A stretch of 40,000 nt of DNA from contig NZ_JBPKAM010000019.1 of the NCBI RefSeq assembly GCF_051216495.1, forward strand, positions 1 to 40,000, written 5' to 3'. This document shows, piece by piece, positions 28,392-36,702 of the stretch (position 1 is its first letter; each line of letters opens with the position of its first letter). The translations under genes and the position numbers were made by a program. The DNA is from Pseudomonas baetica. Lineage in GTDB: Bacteria > Pseudomonadota > Gammaproteobacteria > Pseudomonadales > Pseudomonadaceae. The notes under the pieces were generated by a model, which saw only the letters and a list, made by a program, of their open reading frames with translations, searched no databases and had not been told where the DNA came from.

Positions 28392-29170
28392 CACGCTTCT
28401 CCGGGGGCTTGGCCATGGGCTGCGGCGGTACGGGCTTCCAGATCACGCAGCGCGGTCAGTTCGACTTCAGTCGGCTCGGCGGTGACGTCGACGCTGTCGG
28501 CAAAGCGGATCGGCCAACCGGTGGCGGCGACCACCTGCTCGCGGGTCACGCCCGGGTGCAGTGCGGTGACCACGAATTCGTTGGTGCCGGCTTCCGGCTC
28601 CATGATGCACAGGTCGGTAATGATGCCGACCGGACCCGCACCTGGCAGACCGAGACGCTTGCGCGAATCGCCGCCCTCGCCGTGGCCGACCGAGGTAATG
28701 AAGTCGAGCTTGTCGACAAACGAACGCGCCGATTGCTTGAGGATGATCAGCACGCTCTTGGCGGAACCGGCGATCTCCGGTGCACCGCCGGCGCCCGGCA
28801 GACGGACTTTCGGCGCGTGATAATCGCCGACCACGGTGGTGTTGATGTTGCCGAAACGGTCGACCTGGGCCGCGCCGAGGAAACCGACGTCAATACGACC
28901 GCCCTGCAGCCAGTAACGGAAAATCTCGCCGGTCGGGACCACGGTGTCGGCGGTTTCCGCCAGCTCGCCGTCACCGATCGACAGTGGCAGTACGCTCGGC
29001 TTGGCGCCGATCGGGCCCGATTCGTAGATCAGGACCACGTCTGGCGAGGAGGTCAGGCGCGCCAGGTTGGCCGCTTTCGATGGCAGGCCAATGCCCACGA
29101 AGCACACCGAGCCGTTCTTCAGGCGACGGGCAGCGGCAACGGTCATCATTTCATTGGTGGTGTAAGTCAT
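28391..29170 (-). CDS. pcaJ: 3-oxoadipate CoA-transferase subunit B
   Basis: 259 aa, CoA-transferase family I beta subunit (ESGPIG). TAATG junction with pcaI. Confidence 0.92.
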   Translation of the reverse strand: MTYTTNEMMTVAAARRLKNGSVCFVGIGLPSKAANLARLTSSPDVVLIYESGPIGAKPSVLPLSIGDGELAETADTVVPTGEIFRYWLQGGRIDVGFLGAAQVDRFGNINTTVVGDYHAPKVRLPGAGGAPEIAGSAKSVLIILKQSARSFVDKLDFITSVGHGEGGDSRKRLGLPGAGPVGIITDLCIMEPEAGTNEFVVTALHPGVTREQVVAATGWPIRFADSVDVTAEPTEVELTALRDLEARTAAAHGQAPGEA

Positions 29171-30027
29171 TACTTCGCCTCCGAAGCGGCGGCCAGTTTG
29201 GCCTGGAACTCGCTGAAGTCAGCGCTGCCATGGATGTACTCGTTGATCCACGCGGTGAAGGTTTCACGGTCGCGGGCAATCGGGTCCCAGGCCTGGTAGA
29301 AGCGGTTGTCACGTTCGGTGTAACCGTGGGCGTAGGACGGATGCGCACCGCCAGGAACATGGCAGACCGCGCTCAAGGCCCAGGTTGGCAGCACGCAGGC
29401 GTTCATCGGCGCCTTGAGGTCGTCGACGATTTCCTCGACGGTGACGATGCAACGCTTGGCAGCCAATGCAGCTTCTTTCTGCACGCCAAGGATGCCCCAC
29501 AGCAGCACGTTGCCCTTGCGGTCGGCTTTCTGCGCGTGAATCACGGTGACGTCCGGACGCACCGAAGGCACCGCGGCCAATACTTCACCGGTGAACGGGC
29601 AGGTGACGGACTTGATCAGCGGGTTGACCTTCGGCAGGTCGGAGCCGGCATAGGCGCGCAGCACCGCGAACGGCAGGCCGGAAGCGCCCGCGACGTAGGC
29701 GTTGGCCAGGTCAGCGTGGCTGTGTTCTTCGATTTCCATGGCATGGGGCCACTGCTTCTCGACCGCATCGCGCAGACGGTGCAGCGAACCCACACCCGGG
29801 TTACCGCCCCAGGAGAAAATCAGCTTGCGGGCACAACCGGCACCGATCAACTGGTCGTAGATCAGGTCAGGCGTCATCCGTACCAGGGTCAGGTCTTTCT
29901 TGCCCTGACGAATGATTTCGTGACCCGCCGCCGTCGGGATCAGGTGGGTGAAGCCTTCGAGCGCGACAGTATCGCCGTCGTTCACGAATTGCTTCACCGC
30001 GTCGTGCAGCGAAAGAATCTCAGCCAT
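29170..30027 (-). CDS. pcaI: 3-oxoadipate CoA-transferase subunit A
   Basis: Start at MAEILSLHDAVKQF (ATG 30025-30027) with GGGAG upstream. CoA-transferase alpha subunit. Confidence 0.92.
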   Translation of the reverse strand: MAEILSLHDAVKQFVNDGDTVALEGFTHLIPTAAGHEIIRQGKKDLTLVRMTPDLIYDQLIGAGCARKLIFSWGGNPGVGSLHRLRDAVEKQWPHAMEIEEHSHADLANAYVAGASGLPFAVLRAYAGSDLPKVNPLIKSVTCPFTGEVLAAVPSVRPDVTVIHAQKADRKGNVLLWGILGVQKEAALAAKRCIVTVEEIVDDLKAPMNACVLPTWALSAVCHVPGGAHPSYAHGYTERDNRFYQAWDPIARDRETFTAWINEYIHGSADFSEFQAKLAAASEAK

Positions 30028-30193
30028 TTGGGGCAGGCTCCCATTTGTTATTAACCAACAGTGGAAAAAGGCGCCGATGCGCAGCGCCGCAGTCACTGAA
30101 GATTAAGCCTGTGAAAAACGCCAAACAATCCGATAATCGACTGAGTGTTCGTTTATCGAACACATTGTTGCCTGGCTACCGACCTCAAAAGCT

Positions 30194-30256
30194 TCGCGAG
30201 CAGGCTCGCTCCCACAAGGATTACGTGTATCCCTGTGGGAGCGAGCCTGCTCGCGA
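30194..30256. repeat. REP doublet (REPIN-like, opposite arm order)
   Basis: Inverted copy at 30194-30215 and forward copy at 30235-30256, lying between pcaK and pcaI. Confidence 0.85.
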
Positions 30257-30295
30257 AGAGACCATCAAAATCACCTGGGATTCTGAATCAGCCCC

Positions 30296-31642
30296 TCAGG
30301 TCGCATCCGCATGACTGACCATACCCTTGATCACTACCGCCGTGGTCGCCAGCGCTGCCGGAATCACCAGCGCCGTCAGCACCTGCTCGAAGTTCCAGCC
30401 CAAACCGAGCAACGTCGCCCCCATCCAGGCGCCAAGAATCGCGCCGAAGCGGCCAATCCCGAGCATCCACGACACACCAGTGGCACGCCCCTGGGTCGGA
30501 TAAAAACGCGCGGCCAGCGAGGGCATTGCCGATTGCGCGCCGTTGACACACATCCCGGCCACCAGCACCAGGGTCGCCAGCAACGTGATGCTGCCCAGGC
30601 TCTGGCCCACCGAGTAGGCAAACACCCCGGCCAACAGGTAGAAAGTGCCGATGACCTTGTGCGGATTGAACCGGTCCATCGCCCAACCGACACCCACCGC
30701 GCTCAGCACACCACCGAACTGGAACAGCGCACCGATAAACGCGGCCTGCTCCATACTCGCGCCACTGTCACGCATCAGGGTCGGCAGCCAACTGGTCAGC
30801 AGATAAACGATCACCAACCCCATGAAATAAGTCAGCCACAGCAGCAAGGTGCCGACGCTGTAGGTGCCAGAGAAGATCACCGCAAACACATTGCGCGCCT
30901 TCACGGTTTTCTGTTCCGGCACACTGAAGCTGGCGGCCTGGGCGACTACGCTCGGGTCGATCGGTGCCAGCGTCTTGCGCACTTTGTCGGTGCCACGATT
31001 ACGCACGACCAGGTAGCGCGCCGATTCCGGCAGCCAGAACAGCAAAACGATGGCCAGGATCAACGGCAAAATCCCGCCGATCAGCAACAGGCTGTGCCAA
31101 CCGAACGCAGGAATCAGCTTGGCCGAAATAAATCCGCCGCCGGCCATGCCCAGGTTGAATCCACAGAACATGCTGGTCACCAGCAGGGACTTCTTGCGTT
31201 CCGGGGTGTATTCCGACAACAGTGTGGTGGCATTCGGCATCCCGGCCCCCAGCCCCAGGCCCGTAAGGAAGCGCAGCACCAGCAATTGATCGACATTGGT
31301 GCTGTAAGCCGAGGCGAGGCTGAACGCACCGAACAACAGCACGGCCCCCACCAGAACGACTTTTCGCCCGAAGCGGTCAGCCAAAGGGCCGGAACCCAGT
31401 GCGCCGAACACCATGCCGATCAGCGCTGCACTCATCACCGGACCCAGGCTGGCACGGTCGATGCCCCAATCCTGTGACAACGCCGGGGCGATAAAGCCCA
31501 TGGCTGCGGTGTCGAGGCCATCGAGGAAGACAATCAGAAAACACAGAATCACCACGCGCCACTGATAGCGCGAAATGGGTTGAGCATTGATAAAGGACTG
31601 CACGTCGAGGCAGTTCCCTACAGCGGACTGGGGCTGGTTCAT
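30296..31642 (-). CDS. pcaK: 4-hydroxybenzoate/protocatechuate MFS transporter
   Basis: MNQPQSAVGNCLDVQSFINAQPISRYQWRVVILCFLIVFLDGLDTAAMGFIAPALSQDWGIDRASLGPV is nearly co-linear with P. putida PcaK as recalled. Confidence 0.9.
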   Translation of the reverse strand: MNQPQSAVGNCLDVQSFINAQPISRYQWRVVILCFLIVFLDGLDTAAMGFIAPALSQDWGIDRASLGPVMSAALIGMVFGALGSGPLADRFGRKVVLVGAVLLFGAFSLASAYSTNVDQLLVLRFLTGLGLGAGMPNATTLLSEYTPERKKSLLVTSMFCGFNLGMAGGGFISAKLIPAFGWHSLLLIGGILPLILAIVLLFWLPESARYLVVRNRGTDKVRKTLAPIDPSVVAQAASFSVPEQKTVKARNVFAVIFSGTYSVGTLLLWLTYFMGLVIVYLLTSWLPTLMRDSGASMEQAAFIGALFQFGGVLSAVGVGWAMDRFNPHKVIGTFYLLAGVFAYSVGQSLGSITLLATLVLVAGMCVNGAQSAMPSLAARFYPTQGRATGVSWMLGIGRFGAILGAWMGATLLGLGWNFEQVLTALVIPAALATTAVVIKGMVSHADAT

Positions 31643-31765
31643 TATTTTTATTCCATGGATCACAGTCGAACGGGGCCGGCCAATGCCGGCGCAGCCGCGA
31701 CAGTAATGATCCAAAGGAAACAGCGTCAATTCGCCAGAAACGACTCTGTGCGATTATCGAACAGC

Positions 31766-32608
31766 TTAGGCGAACAGCTGAGCACTGAGGTCGCGACTGG
31801 CACTTAACAGGCCAGGCAGAAAGCGCTGCTCCAGTTCGTTGCGACTGACCCGACCCGCATGGGTGCTGACGTTGAGGGCCGCGACCACCTGACCGGAAGC
31901 GTCGTACACCGGGACGGCAATGGAACGCAGGCCCTGCTCCAGTTCCTGATCGACGATGCACCACCCTTGTTGTCGCACTTCCTGCAGGCATTCGAGCAAG
32001 GCCTCGGGAGTGTGAATGGTACGACTGGTCTTGGCCTGCAGGTCGGCATGATCCAGGTATTCACGCAGCGACGTGTCATCCAGGGCGGCCAGCAGAATCC
32101 TGCCCATTGACGTGCAATAGGCCGGCAGGCGCCCGCCCACTGAAAGGTCCACCGAGATCAGGCGCTGGGTAGTCGCCGAGCGGGCGATGTACAGGATGTC
32201 ATCCCCTTCCAGCGTGGCCATGTTGCAGGCCTCGTGCAGTTGCTCGCTCATGCGGTCCAGGTAAGGCTGGGCAGAAACCGCCAGCGGAGTCGAGGAGACA
32301 TAGGCATGGCCAAGGGTCAGCACCTTGGGCAGCAAGGAATAAGTGCGACCGTCCGTAGTGGCGTAGCCAAGCTTGATCAGGGTATGCAGGCAACGTCTGA
32401 CCGCAGCGCGGGGAATTTCCGTGCGATGGCTGATCTGGGCGATCGTCAAGTGCCGCTTGCGCTCCTGGAACGCTTGCACGACAGCCAGCCCGCGGGCCAG
32501 CGAGGTCATGAAATCGGGGTCACCGGTCAAGGCCTGAATCCGCTTGGCGGGCGACGCGACGATCGGCGGAGCCACGGAGGCGAAGGAATTGCGCAGTTGA
32601 TCGTTCAT
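31766..32608 (-). CDS. pcaR: IclR-family transcriptional regulator of pca genes
   Basis: Start at MNDQLRNSF (32608). IclR HTH (LTIAQISHRTEIPRAAVRRCLHTL) plus effector domain. Located at the head of the pca cluster. Confidence 0.9.
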   Translation of the reverse strand: MNDQLRNSFASVAPPIVASPAKRIQALTGDPDFMTSLARGLAVVQAFQERKRHLTIAQISHRTEIPRAAVRRCLHTLIKLGYATTDGRTYSLLPKVLTLGHAYVSSTPLAVSAQPYLDRMSEQLHEACNMATLEGDDILYIARSATTQRLISVDLSVGGRLPAYCTSMGRILLAALDDTSLREYLDHADLQAKTSRTIHTPEALLECLQEVRQQGWCIVDQELEQGLRSIAVPVYDASGQVVAALNVSTHAGRVSRNELEQRFLPGLLSASRDLSAQLFA

Positions 32609-33294
32609 ATAAGGTCTTTTTCCCACACGGATCAGCGATCTATTACAAGCGGCATCGGCCCGGCAAACAAGCCCGGCCGAGCAGGATCGGGCGATTATCG
32701 AACCATCGACCGATAATCGCAATCCTGCTTTCGACCTCGCGCCTGCCGACAGACCGGGCTACGTATCCTTCCTTATATGTATTCGTACCGGCCCGAGTAC
32801 GGAATTAAAGGTGGATGTAGTTGCCCTAAGTTGTTCGACTTAATGGCGCCAGAAAGGCATCACTGCAAAGTGACATCAAGCAACGCATTAGTTGGCAGTA
32901 AAAGTTGCAGGTCACAAAACAATCACACACCGATATCTACTTTTAGCACTTTGACGATAGTGTTCTCTGAATCGCTCGCTATAATAGAAATCAGTAGCCA
33001 GGCGGTTTCTTATTCGCCGATCCCGCTACCCGGTGGCGCGATACTTCATCGCCGTCACCCTCGGCAAGCGTGCGACGCTGACTGCAATTGCATCGCCGAC
33101 GCGCTGGCTGAAACAGGAATCTGATGCTACGTCAGCTATTGACCTCTGGTGCCGTGGCCGCCTGCAACATGGACGTACTGATCGCCCTGCCGTAAACGAT
33201 GCCTTCTTGGGCCTTGTCCTCTCGACGGGCGTGATCAATATATTGAACGCAGCGTGTTTCACCAGAATTTATCTCAACTCAATCAGGTATCACT

Positions 33295-33495
33295 GTGACG
33301 AAAGACGAACTGCGCGCGGAACTTGAGCGCCAGGAACAACGTTACAAGGAAGTTTACGGCGGGGAAGTCACCACCTACGCCGCCCAACCCGAACCGGAAC
33401 GCAAACCCTGGCGTAAACGCGCCACCGTTCAGGATCAGGTTTTCAAGCAAGAACTGGAAAAAATGGAAAAGGAACTCAAAGCCGAAGAGCCTTGA
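33295..33495 (+). CDS. Possible small charged hypothetical protein (66 aa)
   Basis: GTG-start ORF with host-like codon usage and a weak ribosome-binding site. I recognise no family. Confidence 0.35.
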   Translation: MTKDELRAELERQEQRYKEVYGGEVTTYAAQPEPERKPWRKRATVQDQVFKQELEKMEKELKAEEP

Positions 33496-33872
33496 CCGCC
33501 CAGGCTTGCCTCCTTTAAAGGGTCTGCGTTTACACCCGTTAAAAGCGGGATGTATTGATGTTGCCTTTTGCGCCCGCTATCAGCGGGCAGCGGCCACCCT
33601 GCCCATTTGACAGGGTAAAAGGCTCATATCTGACTCCCCTTTCAGAAATTTCATACAAGCATTCAGAGCACGCCCTCAGGCGAGCGGAACCCTTGTGGCA
33701 GAAGGGTTTTCAAAGAAATTCAATGACTTGCAAACACCGAAAAAACATCTGCTTTGACGGTGCGATCGCAAAAAAATTCATTGAAGAATGTTACCGATGA
33801 GCAGCTAGTGCATCGATTGACAGTCTTTTCTGGCATAATCGCGCCCCCTTATGACCGGGTCAGAAAACCTTC

Positions 33873-35348
33873 ATGATCGATTTATTCAGCGGACTGGATG
33901 CTTGGGTGCTTGTGAGCCTCTTGCTCGCCCTGGCTTTTGTCCTCGCCTTCGAGTTCATCAATGGATTTCATGACACCGCTAACGCGGTAGCCACTGTTAT
34001 CTACACCAAAGCGATGCCACCTCATCTGGCGGTCTTCTTTTCCGGTGTGTTCAATTTCCTCGGCGTCTTGCTGGGTGGCGTTGGCGTGGCGTATGCCATT
34101 GTCCACCTGCTGCCGGTAGAACTGCTGATCAACGTGAATACCGGCCATGGCCTGGCAATGGTGTTCTCGTTGCTCGCCGCAGCCATCACCTGGAACCTGG
34201 GCACCTGGTACTTTGGTATCCCCGCTTCCAGCTCCCACACGCTGATCGGCTCGATCCTTGGCGTGGGCCTGGCCAATGCCCTGATCAACGATATTCCATT
34301 GGGAGACGGGGTGAACTGGCAGAAGGCGATCGATATCGCCATGTCGCTGGTGTTCTCGCCAATGGCGGGTTTCCTGATCGCCGCGCTGGTGCTGATAGGC
34401 CTTAAATGGTGGCGCCCGCTGTCGAAGATGCACAAGACGCCGGAACAACGTCGCAAGATCGACGACAAGAAACACCCGCCGTTCTGGAACCGCCTGGTGC
34501 TGGTGATCTCGGCCATGGCCGTAAGCTTCGTGCACGGTTCCAACGATGGCCAGAAAGGTATCGGCCTGATCATGCTGGTGCTGATCGGTATCGTGCCGGC
34601 GCAATTCGTGCTCGACCTGAACAGCACCACCTACCAGATCGAGCGTACCCGCGACGCCACTTTGCACTTGAGCCAGTTCTACAAGCGCAATGCCGACTCC
34701 CTGGGTGAGTTCCTGGCCCTGGGTAAAAGCGTGGAAGGCGATCTGCCGGAGAAGTTTCGTTGCAACCCGCAACAGACCGAACCGACTATCAATGCCCTGC
34801 TTGGCACCCTGAAAGGCGTTGCGGATTACCACTCGCTGTCGTCGGAAAGCCGCATCGAAGTGCGTCGCTACCTGCTGTGCCTGGACGACACCGCGAAGAA
34901 AGTCGCCAAGTTGCCTGGCCTCGCCGCACGTGAAAAAGCTGACCTGGACAAACTGCGCAAGGACCTGACCACCACCACCGAGTACGCCCCGTTCTGGGTG
35001 ATTCTGGCGGTCGCCCTGGCCCTCGGCCTGGGTACCATGGTGGGCTGGAAACGCGTGGTACTGACCATCGGCGAGAAAATCGGCAAGCAAGGCATGACTT
35101 ACGCCCAAGGCATGTCGGCCCAAATCACTGCCGCGTGCATGATCGGCATGGCCAACATCTTCAGCCTGCCGGTGTCCACCACCCACGTCCTGTCCTCGGG
35201 TGTGGCGGGGACCATGGTCGCGAACAAAAGCGGCCTGCAAGGCGGCACCGTCAAGACAATCCTTCTGGCCTGGGTCCTGACCCTGCCGGCCACCGTGGCC
35301 CTGTCGGCCGGCCTGTTCTGGATGGCGTCGAAGGCGCTGGGTAGCTGA
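33873..35348 (+). CDS. pitA: Low-affinity inorganic phosphate transporter (PiT family)
   Basis: FEFINGFHDTANAVAT and FVHGSNDGQKGIG are the duplicated PiT signature motifs. 491 aa. Confidence 0.95.
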   Translation: MIDLFSGLDAWVLVSLLLALAFVLAFEFINGFHDTANAVATVIYTKAMPPHLAVFFSGVFNFLGVLLGGVGVAYAIVHLLPVELLINVNTGHGLAMVFSLLAAAITWNLGTWYFGIPASSSHTLIGSILGVGLANALINDIPLGDGVNWQKAIDIAMSLVFSPMAGFLIAALVLIGLKWWRPLSKMHKTPEQRRKIDDKKHPPFWNRLVLVISAMAVSFVHGSNDGQKGIGLIMLVLIGIVPAQFVLDLNSTTYQIERTRDATLHLSQFYKRNADSLGEFLALGKSVEGDLPEKFRCNPQQTEPTINALLGTLKGVADYHSLSSESRIEVRRYLLCLDDTAKKVAKLPGLAAREKADLDKLRKDLTTTTEYAPFWVILAVALALGLGTMVGWKRVVLTIGEKIGKQGMTYAQGMSAQITAACMIGMANIFSLPVSTTHVLSSGVAGTMVANKSGLQGGTVKTILLAWVLTLPATVALSAGLFWMASKALGS

Positions 35349-35367
35349 TACACAGTCGAATGAAAAA

Positions 35368-35398
35368 GGCGCGCTCCGCAAGGACCGCGCCTTTTTTA
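35368..35398 (+). terminator. Intrinsic terminator after pitA
   Basis: GGCGCG-CTCCGCAAGGAC-CGCGCC followed by T6. Confidence 0.8.
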
Positions 35399-35424
35399 TT
35401 ACTGCCAATCACCACAAATCAACT

Positions 35425-35512
35425 GTGGGAGCGAGCCTGCTCGCGAAAGCGGCAAACCTATCGCCATTTTCATCGCGACGACCACCGTCTTCGCGAGCAG
35501 GCTCGCTCCCAC
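35425..35512. repeat. REP doublet (REPIN-like)
   Basis: Exact forward copy at 35425-35446 and exact inverted copy at 35491-35512. Confidence 0.9.
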
Positions 35513-35608
35513 ATTGGGTTTGCTGCGCCAGAATAGAAATCGCAGGCAAAAAAAAGGGCAACCGAAGTTGCCCAAAATGCCTTGCGTGCTCATTACATCC
35601 CGAAGGAA

Positions 35609-35725
35609 CTACGGTTTTTCCCGCTTGTGCGAGTCCTTCCAGATAAAAACTCCCAATCCTGCAAAAAACATCAGCATGAGGCTGACGGTCAGCACTCCGG
35701 CGATCACCACGTTGTCGAAAAACAT
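35609..35725 (-). CDS. 38-aa single-TM micro-protein, CcoM-like (cbb3 oxidase small subunit?)
   Basis: Hand translation gives MFFDNVVIAGVLTVSLMLMFFAGLGVFIWKDSHKREKP*. AGGAGA lies 6 nt upstream of the ATG at 35723-35725. It is below the ORF-track cutoff. The resemblance to the Pseudomonas CcoM peptide is from memory only. Confidence 0.45.
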   Translation of the reverse strand: MFFDNVVIAGVLTVSLMLMFFAGLGVFIWKDSHKREKP

Positions 35726-35868
35726 GACGCGTCTCCTGCGGTTGCCTTGTTGCGATGGAGCTAAGTTAACCAATCAGGCAGGAGCGAATATTGACCGGGA
35801 TCAATGTTGCCCGGGGCCGGGCATAGAAGGAGGGAAAAACTGACCTGCATCAATCGATGCAGGTGGGT

Positions 35869-36042
35869 TCAGCGCTTTTTCGGCTTGTTCTTCGATTTGG
35901 CTTTCGGAGCTTTCTTCGTTTTGCCCAGAGGCATGGCCTGCTCGAACGCCTGGCGCACTTCGTTAAGGCGCTTTTCGTTAAGGTCATGGACACGCTTGGC
36001 GCGTTCGGCGTTGAGGTCGATCAGCTTGTCGTCTTGGCTCAT
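35869..36042 (-). CDS. Small lysine-rich hypothetical protein (57 aa)
   Basis: MSQDDKLIDLNAERAKRVHDLNEKRL...KTKKAPKAKSKNKPKKR. The start is uncertain because there is no clear SD; the longer ORF-track call (to 36186) overlaps the upstream gene. Confidence 0.4.
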   Translation of the reverse strand: MSQDDKLIDLNAERAKRVHDLNEKRLNEVRQAFEQAMPLGKTKKAPKAKSKNKPKKR

Positions 36043-36142
36043 GGCATTCGGTGCATCGCTTGAAATGAAATTCAGCTGCCGCATCAATGGGCAGGATTGC
36101 ACCCATAATGCGGTCTGGCGACGACGCTGACCAGTCGCGACC

Positions 36143-36484
36143 TCAAATCTCGATATCGACCCACAAGCCCTGGCGCGGCTGGTCATCCATCAACGGCGCC
36201 ACCGGCACGGTGTTGTCGGCATTGAGTTCAGTGCCGGGAATCGCCAGGTGAGCCTCGGGATCCTCATCGGCTTCACGACGGCGTCGCTCGCGCTCCTGCT
36301 TTCGGCGCTGTTCCTCACGCAACAGCAGAACAGCTTCTTCGGGGTCGCGATTTTTCAGGTCAATGGTGCTGTCGGTGGAGCTCTCCTGCATCGGCACCAC
36401 CGGCGCAATGTCCGGACGCGGACGGACCGGGTCATGCTGGGAAGTGATGGGCACGGCACTCAAGGGGAGCATCGGTGGCAGCAT
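36143..36484 (-). CDS. Hypothetical protein (113 aa, charged/Pro-rich)
   Basis: Start at MLPPMLPLS (ATG 36484) with AGGAGA upstream. Divergent from rapA. Confidence 0.55.
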   Translation of the reverse strand: MLPPMLPLSAVPITSQHDPVRPRPDIAPVVPMQESSTDSTIDLKNRDPEEAVLLLREEQRRKQERERRRREADEDPEAHLAIPGTELNADNTVPVAPLMDDQPRQGLWVDIEI

Positions 36485-36702
36485 AGTTATTGGTCTCCTG
36501 TCAGCAGGCTGTCGGCTGCGGGGATGGCGACTTGAGCCATCGGTCGCAAACTGTGACCCATTTAGCACTCGTTGGTGCCGTAACCCACGCACCGGGCATA
36601 AGTGGGCTAACGTAAAGCCGAGAGTTTTTCTGAGAGTCTTTTGGCCCTGAAGCCCTCATTCCGTTAAGATAGCCCGCTTTTTCAAGGTGGGAGTCAGGCA
36701 GC

